Origin: Candidatus Woesearchaeota archaeon
Lineage (GTDB): Archaea > Nanobdellota > Nanobdellia > Woesearchaeales > B72-G16
Direction: 5' to 3'
Assembly (NCBI GenBank): GCA_003650545.1
Contig: QMQO01000010.1
Coordinates: 1-37,789, forward strand
DNA: 37,789 bases
Both the position numbers and the translations under genes were made by a program. Below are positions 29,402 to 37,789 of this stretch, one piece after another (the first letter of the stretch is position 1; each line of letters starts with the position of its first letter). The notes under the pieces are model-generated. The model made no database searches. It was not told where the DNA came from and saw only the letters and a list, made by a program, of their open reading frames with translations.

Positions 29402-29556
29402 GGGCCTATGGTGTAATGGATACTTGCGTTGCTTTATGCAAACTTATGCAAGCTATAGAGCACTCTTGGCTTCGGCTCTAATGAGAAGACACCAAGCAAT
29501 TCCGGTTCGAATGGGAATATGGGAATCCAGTTTTCACGGATGTCCGGATAGGCCCA
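29402..29556 (+). tRNA. tRNA-Arg(TCG) with three introns (D-loop, 37/38, 59/60)
   Basis: Acceptor GGGCCTA/TAGGCCC+A, D stem GTGT/GCAC, anticodon stem CTTGG/CCAAG with CT-TCG-G, T stem TCCGG/CCGGA. Introns 29422-29458, 29476-29490 and 29512-29542; 72 nt after removal. Confidence 0.92.
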
Positions 29557-29834
29557 TTTCAAATTAATTGTTCTTAAACAGAATTAACCTTCTTTATGCA
29601 ATAAAGTGACAATAAAGTGAAAAGATTATTATAAAATAATCAGCATTATTTATAAAGCGTGATCTTAATTGATGAGTGTTCTTAATTGATGTTCTTAATC
29701 TTAATTTGGTTTTTTAAATGTAATTAAATCTTCAAAATATTTTGTCATTTTTTAGTAGCTATATCCAGAAAACCACAATCTTTATAAACCAACCCCAATT
29801 CTACAATCAAAGAGAGAGAAGAAGACGCTGGGTA

Positions 29835-29874
29835 GGGAATCCACGTTTTCTGGATATTGATAGGAGAGATTCCC
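29835..29874 (+). promoter_or_regulatory. 5'-UTR hairpin covering the SD-like sequence of pop5
   Basis: GGGAATC/GATTCCC plus TTTTCTG/TAGGAGA, ending directly before ATG 29875. Confidence 0.5.
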
Positions 29875-30222
29875 ATGAGGGTTAAACCAATATTACCAAG
29901 TTTAAAAGAGAAAAAACGTTATCTTGCTTATGAAATTATAGCAGATAAAAGGATAGACGCACAATCTGCAGAAGATGTAATAACCAAAACTAGTTTAGAT
30001 TATCTAGGCGCTCTAGGATATGGAGAAGCAGGAATTCAAGTTTTGAAAGAGACTCATGATAATAACCGCGGTCTAATTAGAGTTGGCCACAAGCATGTCG
30101 ATAGACTCAAGGCAGCACTAATTTTTATCACAAAAATAAAAAACCAAAATGTAATTGTGCGCTCTCTTGGTGTGAGTGGCGTGATCAAGAAAGCAAAAGA
30201 AAAATACTTGGAGGCAAAATGA
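29875..30222 (+). CDS. rnp2: RNase P protein Pop5/Rpp14
   Basis: LPSLKEKKRY, GLIRV, LGVSGVIKKA; canonical position upstream of psmA. Confidence 0.92.
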   Translation: MRVKPILPSLKEKKRYLAYEIIADKRIDAQSAEDVITKTSLDYLGALGYGEAGIQVLKETHDNNRGLIRVGHKHVDRLKAALIFITKIKNQNVIVRSLGVSGVIKKAKEKYLEAK

Positions 30223-30680
30223 AAGCTATAAAAAATGGGTGGTTGTTAGGATTTTTGTTTTTTCTGTTAACAAGTGCTTTAACAGCACTGTTTGCCTTTA
30301 TAGGCTTGTTGTTTAAATTACCAGTTAAATCTGCAGGATTTTTAATGGGAGTGCTTGGAGTGATTGGCATCTATCTTTCAATAGTTATTTTTGCGTTTTT
30401 ATACACAAGAAATTTTGGCGAATTTACTAAAAAACAGCGAACAAGCATCAGCCTAACATATTTCGTATTAAACTCATTTATAGGACTGATAGTTGGCATT
30501 GTATTTAAACCATATCCCTATGCGTTTATCTTAACGATAGCGGTTGTTGCTTTGATATTTGCTGCAATAATCTACTGGCTTCTCGCTGTAGAAGCAAGAC
30601 GGTATATCCTTACAATTAAAGGAATGAGAAGCGAACTCAAAACTAAAACAAAGAAAAAAATAAAGAAAAAAATAAAATAA
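30219..30680 (+). CDS. Four-TM membrane protein with Lys-rich tail
   Basis: Four hydrophobic segments; ATGA overlap with rnp2. Confidence 0.75.
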   Translation: MKAIKNGWLLGFLFFLLTSALTALFAFIGLLFKLPVKSAGFLMGVLGVIGIYLSIVIFAFLYTRNFGEFTKKQRTSISLTYFVLNSFIGLIVGIVFKPYPYAFILTIAVVALIFAAIIYWLLAVEARRYILTIKGMRSELKTKTKKKIKKKIK

Positions 30681-30714
30681 AAGAAGAGAAAAAAAAAGAT
30701 AAGGAGGGATATTT

Positions 30715-31437
30715 ATGCAACCATTACAACACCAAATGATGGGGTATGATCGAGCAATAACAATGTTCAGTCCAGATGGAAGACTGTTACAGGTAGAATA
30801 TGCAAGGAAAACGGTAAGACAGGGGAATACCGCAATAGGCTTGGTCTGTAAAGATGGTGTTTTGCTTGTAACAGACAAACGCGTACTTAACCCCTTGATG
30901 ATTACGGAAGCTGTTGAAAAGATGTGGCAAATTGACGATCATATTGGCGCAACAGCATCAGGCTTTTTATCCGACGCTCGCATACTAATTGAGCGTGCCC
31001 AAGTAAAAGCACAACAAAACAAGGTGACATACGATAGCCCTGTTGACATTCTAACCATTGTAAAGGACCTCTGTACATTAAAACAAACGACAACACAATA
31101 TGGCGGTCTAAGACCGTTTGGTGTTGCCTTGATTATTGCAGGAGTTGATGATGGAGTTCCTGTTGTATACGAAACAGATCCCATGGGCAACTACTTTCAG
31201 TATAAAGCAGCAGTTATAGGCGAAGCAGAAGAAGAAGTTGAAGCAATCCTTAACAAAGAATATAAAGAAACACTAACAATAGAAGAAGGCCTCAAACTTT
31301 TGATAAAGACGCTAAAGAAAGTACTTGGGGAGGAGTTTAGCTCAGAAAGAATAGACGCTGCTTATATAAAGGTTGATGAAGCGAAATTCACAAAAATTAA
31401 AAAATCAAAAATTGATAGAGTCGTAAAAGAAAAGTAA
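30715..31437 (+). CDS. psmA: Proteasome alpha subunit
   Basis: GYDRAITMFSPDGRLLQVEYA, RPFGVAL. Confidence 0.97.
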   Translation: MQPLQHQMMGYDRAITMFSPDGRLLQVEYARKTVRQGNTAIGLVCKDGVLLVTDKRVLNPLMITEAVEKMWQIDDHIGATASGFLSDARILIERAQVKAQQNKVTYDSPVDILTIVKDLCTLKQTTTQYGGLRPFGVALIIAGVDDGVPVVYETDPMGNYFQYKAAVIGEAEEEVEAILNKEYKETLTIEEGLKLLIKTLKKVLGEEFSSERIDAAYIKVDEAKFTKIKKSKIDRVVKEK

Positions 31438-31438
31438 A

Positions 31439-32164
31439 ATGGTAAAAGGGCAAGGATTAATAGATCAAAGGCAGAATGTTTACCTTAATCTTGCTAGATT
31501 AAAAAAAGCAGGGGATGTTTTTGAAATAAGCATAGATCCAGATGCAGCCATCAAGTATAAAGAGAAAGGAGAAATAGATATTAGAGACATCTTAACAGCC
31601 CAGAAAATATTCTCTGATGCAAAACGCGGCATGCTTGCTTCGGAAAATAGATTAAAATCTGTTTTTGGCACAATCGATGTGCTTCAGGTAGCAAAAAAGA
31701 TTCTTGATGAAGGTGAGATTCAACTTACCGAAGAATATAGAAGAAGCTTAATCGAAAGAAAACGTAAACGTATCGTTGAGATCATTCATAGAAATGGTAT
31801 TGACCCAAAAACAAAACTCCCGCATCCAGTAAAAAGAATAGAGAATGCATTTGAGGAAGCCAAAATCAAGATTGATAATTACAAAACCGCAGAAGATCAG
31901 ATAAATGATATAATTAAAAAAATAAGACCCGTGTTGCCAATCAGCTTTGAACGGAAAAGATTTCGCGTGGTAATTCCTGCAGTCTATGCAGGAAAGGTTT
32001 ATCGCAATTTAAAACAATCAGGAGAACTTTCTGATGAAGACTGGAAGAATGATGGTTCTTTTGAATGCGTCATCGAGATGCCTGCTGGCCTTGTAGGAGA
32101 GTTCTTTGATAAAATAAATGATGCAACACATGGCGAATCATTGATTGAAGAAATAGAGGAGTGA
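31439..32164 (+). CDS. Ribosome maturation factor SBDS/Sdo1
   Basis: ARLKKAGDVFEI, GEIQLT, DPKTKLPHPVKRIE. Confidence 0.95.
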   Translation: MVKGQGLIDQRQNVYLNLARLKKAGDVFEISIDPDAAIKYKEKGEIDIRDILTAQKIFSDAKRGMLASENRLKSVFGTIDVLQVAKKILDEGEIQLTEEYRRSLIERKRKRIVEIIHRNGIDPKTKLPHPVKRIENAFEEAKIKIDNYKTAEDQINDIIKKIRPVLPISFERKRFRVVIPAVYAGKVYRNLKQSGELSDEDWKNDGSFECVIEMPAGLVGEFFDKINDATHGESLIEEIEE

Positions 32165-32169
32165 TCGAT

Positions 32170-32892
32170 ATGGCAGAAGAGAAAAGTAGTTTGTACATAA
32201 AAGATAAAGATGTGGTTGTTCCTGGCGAGATACTTGCAATAGGGCTTGATTATTTGCCAGGCTTTGGAACATATCGTTTAGAAAATAAAATAATTGCATC
32301 TAGACTAGGACTGATAAATGTCGATGGTAGAGCACTTAAAATAACACCGCTTTCAGGCAAATACTTGCCTAAGCGTAATGATGTTATAATCTGTAAGGTC
32401 ATCGATATAACCTTAAATGGTTGGCGATTAGACACAAACTCTGCTTTTCCAGCAATGCTCTCATTAAAAGATGCAACTTCTGAATATATTGAACGCGGTG
32501 CCGATCTTTCAAAAATATACAATATTGGAGAATACTTAATGGTTAAGATTGTTGCTGTAACATCTCAGATGTTGGTTGATGTCTCTTTGAAGGGCCCTGG
32601 GCTTAAAAAGCTGCCTCCCGGAAGAATAATAAAAGTAAATCCAATGAAAGTCCCACGAATTATCGGTAAACAGGGCAGCATGGTTTCTATGGTTAAGAAG
32701 GTGACGGGTTGTAGGATTTTAGTAGGACAGAATGGCGTAGTGTGGATTCAGGGCGACACAATAAATGAGAATCTTGCAATCGAAACAATCAAGAAGATTG
32801 AGCAGGAAGCGCATGTTCCCGGCTTAACTGAAAAAATAGAAATTTTCCTCAAAAAGAGGATGGAAAAAAAAGAAAAAAGTGATGAAAAATGA
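32170..32892 (+). CDS. rrp4: Exosome RNA-binding subunit Rrp4
   Basis: VVPGE, S1 domain, KH motif PRIIGKQGSM, GQNG. Confidence 0.95.
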   Translation: MAEEKSSLYIKDKDVVVPGEILAIGLDYLPGFGTYRLENKIIASRLGLINVDGRALKITPLSGKYLPKRNDVIICKVIDITLNGWRLDTNSAFPAMLSLKDATSEYIERGADLSKIYNIGEYLMVKIVAVTSQMLVDVSLKGPGLKKLPPGRIIKVNPMKVPRIIGKQGSMVSMVKKVTGCRILVGQNGVVWIQGDTINENLAIETIKKIEQEAHVPGLTEKIEIFLKKRMEKKEKSDEK

Positions 32893-33596
32893 CTTACGAT
32901 AAAAGACCAGAAGGACGGAAGTTTGATGAGCTAAGGCCAATAGTAGCAAAAGCAGGTGTAATTCCAAACGCAGAAGGTTCTGCCTATTTTAAGATTGGAA
33001 AAACTGTAGCTTATGCAGCAGTTTATGGTCCACGTGAACTGCATCCCAAATTTTTGCAAAATCCTGAAAAAGGTGTTTTAAGATGTCTCTACAATATGAT
33101 GCCTTTTGCTGGAATGGGAGACCGAGTACGCCCTGGACCAAATAGAAGAGCTAAGGAGATTTCTTTAGTCACTGAGAAAGCGATACTTCCTTTCATAAAT
33201 CTAGACAGATACCCAAATGCGGTTGTGGATGTTTTTATAGAGCTTACACAGACAGATGCGGGTAGCAGATGTGCTGGGATATGCGCAGCAGCAATTGCGC
33301 TTGCGGATGCAGGTATAGAAATGAGAGAGATGATCAGCGCTGTTGCTGTTGGCAAGGTTGCTGACAAGATCGTAGTTGATCTAGACTATTCTGAAGAGAT
33401 TTACGAAGACGGCCATGTTGCAGATATCCCTATAGCTATGGGCAATGTTTCACAGCAGATCACCTTGCTACAAGCTGATGGCTATATAACAAGAGAAGAC
33501 CTGAAGAAATGTCTCGAAATAGCCAAAAAGGCTTGCGCACAGATAAACGAGATCCAGAAGAAAGCACTCAAGCAGAAATACGAGGGTTCAAAATGA
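32889..33596 (+). CDS. rrp41: Exosome RNase PH subunit Rrp41
   Basis: GRKFDELR, VYGPRE, DAGSR, LLQADG. Confidence 0.95.
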   Translation: MTYDKRPEGRKFDELRPIVAKAGVIPNAEGSAYFKIGKTVAYAAVYGPRELHPKFLQNPEKGVLRCLYNMMPFAGMGDRVRPGPNRRAKEISLVTEKAILPFINLDRYPNAVVDVFIELTQTDAGSRCAGICAAAIALADAGIEMREMISAVAVGKVADKIVVDLDYSEEIYEDGHVADIPIAMGNVSQQITLLQADGYITREDLKKCLEIAKKACAQINEIQKKALKQKYEGSK

Positions 33597-34357
33597 ACAA
33601 AAGAAAACAGATTTTGGATGCTCTGGATAAAAATGTTCGCTTTGACGGCAGGAAAAAAGACGAGTACAGAAAGATAGAAGTGATAAAGGGTGTTTCAGCA
33701 ACAGCTGAAGGAAGTGCGACTGTTAAGATTGGTGATACAGAAGTGATGGTCGGCGTAAAGCTTGGCATTGGCACACCATACCCAGATTCGCCAGATTCTG
33801 GCAATCTTATTGTTAGTGCAGAGTTTTTACCATTAGCCAGCCCAGAATATGAACCAGGTCCTCCAGACATAGATGCCATAGAACTAGCCAGAGTTGTTGA
33901 TCGTGGCATTAGGGAAGCTAAAGCAATCGACGTGAAAAAACTTTGCATTGAAAAAGGAGAAAAGATCTGGGAAGTGTCGGTTGATATCTGTACAATCAAT
34001 ACAGCCGGCAATCTGTTTGACGCGGCTACGTTAGCAACATTGGCTGCGCTCATGGATACAAAATTTCCAAAATACGAAAATGATGAAATAGATTATAAAG
34101 TTAAAACAGATCAAAGACTTCCTCTAGAAATTTTACCTGTCGCGATCACTGTGATTAAGATTGGTAATCATTTTCTGGTCGACCCATTGCCGGAAGAAGA
34201 AGAAGTTTTAGATGCAAGACTTACAGTTACATTAACGGAAGACGGTTCAGTGTGCGCATTACAGAAAGGGGGCGATCAACCTCTAACAGTTGAGCAGATA
34301 GATGAGATGATAGGTATAGCACTTGAAAAATCAAAAGAATTTAGGAAACTTTTATAA
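33593..34357 (+). CDS. rrp42: Exosome subunit Rrp42
   Basis: RFDGR, PYPDSP, ELARVVDRGIRE, GNLFDA, QKGG; start moved to ATG 33593 (ATGA overlap). Confidence 0.95.
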   Translation: MNKRKQILDALDKNVRFDGRKKDEYRKIEVIKGVSATAEGSATVKIGDTEVMVGVKLGIGTPYPDSPDSGNLIVSAEFLPLASPEYEPGPPDIDAIELARVVDRGIREAKAIDVKKLCIEKGEKIWEVSVDICTINTAGNLFDAATLATLAALMDTKFPKYENDEIDYKVKTDQRLPLEILPVAITVIKIGNHFLVDPLPEEEEVLDARLTVTLTEDGSVCALQKGGDQPLTVEQIDEMIGIALEKSKEFRKLL

Positions 34358-34380
34358 ACAAGATATTTTTCGATGTAAAA

Positions 34381-34614
34381 ATGTCAAAGAAGAAAGTAGA
34401 ACAAGAAAAAGAGATCCATTACACAAAGTATGAGAAAGCTAGATTACTTGGAAGCAGAGCTTTACAGCTTGCTATGGGCGCTCCTTTTTTGTTAAAGATT
34501 TCTAAAGAGGAACTTGAAAGGATTAGATATAATCCAATGGAGATAGCAAAAAAAGAATTTGAAGCTGGAGTTATCCCAATAACAGTTAAAAGGCTTTTGC
34601 CTCATGAGAGATAG
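34381..34614 (+). CDS. rpoK: RNA polymerase subunit K (Rpo6)
   Basis: TKYEKARLLGSRALQLAMGAP...IPITVKR. Confidence 0.96.
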   Translation: MSKKKVEQEKEIHYTKYEKARLLGSRALQLAMGAPFLLKISKEELERIRYNPMEIAKKEFEAGVIPITVKRLLPHER

Positions 34615-34641
34615 TACAGTAGTACAGTTTTTATGTTTTTA

Positions 34642-35664
34642 TTATTCTATCTTGGGATAAACACCAGGTTTCATAAATACCTTGTCAACTTTAAATGCTA
34701 GTCCTTTTTTTTCTTTAAGAATTTGCTTTGCAACCATTTCTGCTTTGCCTAGAGCAACAAGTTCACCTTTCAAAGTCATTATTGCAACAGTATCGCCAAT
34801 GTCAAACTCTTTATTCATGCTAACAACCCCTGGAACTTTTAAATTAGCACCATGGCACAATGTATCAACTGCACTATCCTGAATCCAAACCTTTGGAAGG
34901 TGGCTGACTGCAAACTCAACTGGCAAAATAATGTTATACAACATCTTATCGTTACCTTCTTCTTTGTAATAATAGAAAGCATCTTTTAGATCTTGCAGTG
35001 TAAAAGATTCTTCTTCCTTGAACGGTCCTGCTTTAGTCCTGCGAAGCTCTTGCATGTTAGCACCAACATCTAAACGCTCACCTACATCGTGTACGAGTTT
35101 TCTTATATAAGTTCCTGCTTGACAGCCAATTCTAAAAAGAACATCTTTATTATCTTCGCTGATCTCTATTATATCAATGTAATAAATTGTTCTATATCTT
35201 TGCTGTCTTTTGATTGCAGACTTAATTGGAGGTAATTGTTTAATTCTACCAACAAATTCATTTAGCATAACTTTTTTGACGATTGAAGCTTCAACTGGTT
35301 TATGCAGGTGCATTAAACAGACATACTCTTTCCCTGCAGGTAGCAGCGTTTGAACAATTCTTGTAGCTCTGCCTAGCGCAATAGGCAAAACACCAGTGAC
35401 TTTTGGGTCTAATGTTCCTGAGTGCCCTGCTTTTTTAATTCCCAAGATTTCTTTTACATAAGAGCTTACTTGATGACTCGTCGGGCCAGAAGGTTTGTCT
35501 AAGTTGACTATTCCATATTCAAGAAGTTCTTCTACTGACCGTTCATTTGGTTTACAGCCAAATCTATCACTGGTTTTAACATTATCTATTTTTACAACTA
35601 CAGCTTTGTTACGTTTTTCAAATGGCAACTTGTTTAGACCTGAGATTTTGCTTCCACTCCTCAT
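34642..35664 (-). CDS. cbf5: Pseudouridine synthase Cbf5 (TruB family) with PUA domain
   Basis: DKPSGPTSHQV, GHSGTLDP, GTYIRKL, LRRTKAG. Confidence 0.96.
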   Translation of the reverse strand: MRSGSKISGLNKLPFEKRNKAVVVKIDNVKTSDRFGCKPNERSVEELLEYGIVNLDKPSGPTSHQVSSYVKEILGIKKAGHSGTLDPKVTGVLPIALGRATRIVQTLLPAGKEYVCLMHLHKPVEASIVKKVMLNEFVGRIKQLPPIKSAIKRQQRYRTIYYIDIIEISEDNKDVLFRIGCQAGTYIRKLVHDVGERLDVGANMQELRRTKAGPFKEEESFTLQDLKDAFYYYKEEGNDKMLYNIILPVEFAVSHLPKVWIQDSAVDTLCHGANLKVPGVVSMNKEFDIGDTVAIMTLKGELVALGKAEMVAKQILKEKKGLAFKVDKVFMKPGVYPKIE

Positions 35665-35944
35665 TAGGTTAGAGAAATAAGAAGATTTTTTAAATTTTTA
35701 GGTTGTTTAATTTAAATTTTTAAATGTTTAACTTAGATCTTTTTTATCTGTTATGTGGTTTATATTTTTATTTTTTGTATGGTGAGTTGTAATTGACGAA
35801 ACATTTAATATTTCTTTTATTATTTTTATTGAAAATAACTAAAGAATATAACAACTTGATGTGATTAATGACAATATGACCAATCCTAACCAACTCTTTC
35901 CAAAACCTATTTAAATGACCTCTAAATTTAATCTATAAGAAAAA

Positions 35945-37669
35945 ATGGTTGATATTAACAGATTTGTCTGGAAGATTGGAGGTGAAGCTGGCTACGGTAT
36001 AAAGTCTGCGGGCTACATCTTTGCTAAATTCTGTATACGTCATGGTTTATTCGTCTTTTCAAAAACAGAATATCCTTCTTTGATTAGAGGAGGGCATAAT
36101 AGCTACACACTCAGAGTTGAAGAAAAACAAATTCATTCTTATATCTCAACAGTAGACATTCTAGTTGCATTAGATAAAAGAACATTAGACCTACACAAGG
36201 ATGAACTTACACAGAATGGCGTGATTATCCATGATGATACCTTTAAAGTTGATAACATTAGGCAGGATATTAAAGTGTACGCCCTGCCTCTATCAAAGAT
36301 TGCAGAGAAGCGTCTGGGCGAGAAAAAGATTATGATGAATACTGTTAGCATTGGTGCAACAATTGCTCTGCTAGATGCTGATTTAAACCATCTCACAAGC
36401 ATACTAGAAGAACGTTTTAAAACAAAACCAAAAAAGATTTTTGAAGATAATATCAAAGCTGCAAAAGCTGGCTATGACTTTGTCAAGGAGAACAATTTAA
36501 CTTGTGAAAAAAAGCTTGTGAAAAAAAGCGAAAACAAAAACATACTTGTTAATGGCAATGAAGCAATGACTCTTGGTGCAATCAAAGCAGGCTGTAAATT
36601 TGTTTCTATTTACCCAATGACACCCATAAACAGCATATTACACATGATGGCAAGATTTAGCCGTGATTATGGCATCGTCGTAAAGCAGCCTGAAGATGAG
36701 ATTTCTGCTATTAATATGGCTATTGGAGCCAGCTTTGCGGGAGCAAGAGCTTTAACAGCAACATCTGGAGGAGGTTTCTGTCTAATGACTGAGGGCGTTG
36801 GACTTGCAGGCGAAACAGAAACCCCGGTTGTGATAATAGAAGGTCAACGTTCAGCTCCATCGACAGGAATGCCTACTAATACAGAGCAAGGCGACTTAAA
36901 ATTTGTTATGAATGCTAGCCAGGGTGATTTTCCAAGAATCGTTATAGCGCCTGGCGATCAAGAAGAAGCATTTTATCTCACAGCAGAAGCGTTTAATATT
37001 GCCGAACATTATCAAACACCTGTTATAGTTCTAACAGACAAACACCTTGCTGAAAGCTATAAATCAGTAGAGCCATTTGACCAAGAAAAGATTAAGATCG
37101 ACCGTGGGCTCATTGCTACTAAAATTGAGGAAGTTCCGTTCAAACGCTACAGGTTTACAGATAATGGAATCTCTCCAAGATCCTTTCCAGGTCTGGAAAA
37201 TGGGATGCACAACGCTGCCTCAGATGAGCATGACGAGATTGGTCAGATTGACGAGAGTTCAGCTAATAGAAATAAGATGATGGAAAAACGTATGAAAAAG
37301 TTGGAGTTGGCTGAAAAAGAGCTACAAAAGCCAGAAATAATTGGAAAAAAGGACGCAGACTTCACAATTGTTAGCTGGGGTTCAACAAAAGGCGCGATCA
37401 TAGATGCTATCGATTTTCTTAAGGAAGAAAACATTACAGTTAATTTTTTGCAGATTAAATTTATAAATCCTTTGCATAAAGATATATCGCAGTTAATGAA
37501 AGCTGCAAAGAAAACAATTCTTGTTGAGAATAATTTCACAGGCCAGCTTGGTACTGTCATTAAAGAAAAAACAGGTTTAGATTTTGACTATCGCATCTTG
37601 AAGTATGACGGCAGAGCATTTTCCTCAAGTGAGCTCTGCGACAGAATTAAAAAAATAACCTACAGGTAA
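35945..37669 (+). CDS. korA: 2-oxoacid:ferredoxin oxidoreductase alpha subunit (gamma-alpha fusion)
   Basis: GGEAGYG, IRGGH, YPMTP, EDEISA, TSGGG, STGMPT..EQGD. Confidence 0.92.
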   Translation: MVDINRFVWKIGGEAGYGIKSAGYIFAKFCIRHGLFVFSKTEYPSLIRGGHNSYTLRVEEKQIHSYISTVDILVALDKRTLDLHKDELTQNGVIIHDDTFKVDNIRQDIKVYALPLSKIAEKRLGEKKIMMNTVSIGATIALLDADLNHLTSILEERFKTKPKKIFEDNIKAAKAGYDFVKENNLTCEKKLVKKSENKNILVNGNEAMTLGAIKAGCKFVSIYPMTPINSILHMMARFSRDYGIVVKQPEDEISAINMAIGASFAGARALTATSGGGFCLMTEGVGLAGETETPVVIIEGQRSAPSTGMPTNTEQGDLKFVMNASQGDFPRIVIAPGDQEEAFYLTAEAFNIAEHYQTPVIVLTDKHLAESYKSVEPFDQEKIKIDRGLIATKIEEVPFKRYRFTDNGISPRSFPGLENGMHNAASDEHDEIGQIDESSANRNKMMEKRMKKLELAEKELQKPEIIGKKDADFTIVSWGSTKGAIIDAIDFLKEENITVNFLQIKFINPLHKDISQLMKAAKKTILVENNFTGQLGTVIKEKTGLDFDYRILKYDGRAFSSSELCDRIKKITYR

Positions 37670-37670
37670 A

Positions 37671-37789
37671 GTAAACAACTGTGGGCTGAAGCCCACAGCA
37701 TTTCGCTTGGGTAGCGTGGCTATTCAAGCTTAGGCACAAAAACCTACCAATGATTTTTGTGCACGCATACGCTGTTGCTTAAGTCGAGC
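37671..37789. mobile_element. IS200/IS605-like terminal palindrome followed by structured sequence (runs off window)
   Basis: GTAAACAA-CTGTGGGC-TGAA-GCCCACAG, then hairpins at 37705-37729 and 37734-37762; GC-richer than local intergenic DNA. Confidence 0.6.

Noticed and set aside
29385..29567. 60-aa ORF
   Set aside because: Overlies the three-intron tRNA-Arg.
34642..35664. BHB intron in cbf5 as in some Crenarchaeota
   Set aside because: Reading frame is continuous with all motifs intact.

Overview
AT-rich archaeal chromosomal segment, most likely DPANN/Woesearchaeota-like (inferred from gene content, TATA-box promoters and intron-rich tRNAs). Core genes: SRP54, phosphomannomutase, archease plus intein-containing RtcB, the Pop5-PsmA-SBDS-Rrp4-Rrp41-Rrp42-RpoK cluster, Cbf5 and a 2-oxoacid:ferredoxin oxidoreductase alpha subunit. 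Accessory content: a RelE-type toxin-antitoxin pair, a translationally coupled Ku/ATP-dependent ligase/uracil-DNA glycosylase operon followed by DUF72 and an HhH glycosylase-like gene, TrmB-type regulators and several enzyme homologues with altered catalytic motifs. Hand-folding shows a two-intron tRNA-Tyr(GTA), a three-intron tRNA-Arg(TCG), an unrecognised ~100-nt structured RNA candidate with its own TATA box and a CCA-like 3' end next to a degenerate Toprim gene, a hairpin over the SD of the exosome cluster's first gene, and an IS200/IS605-like terminal hairpin at the right edge. All calls are from visual inspection; no database searches were run.
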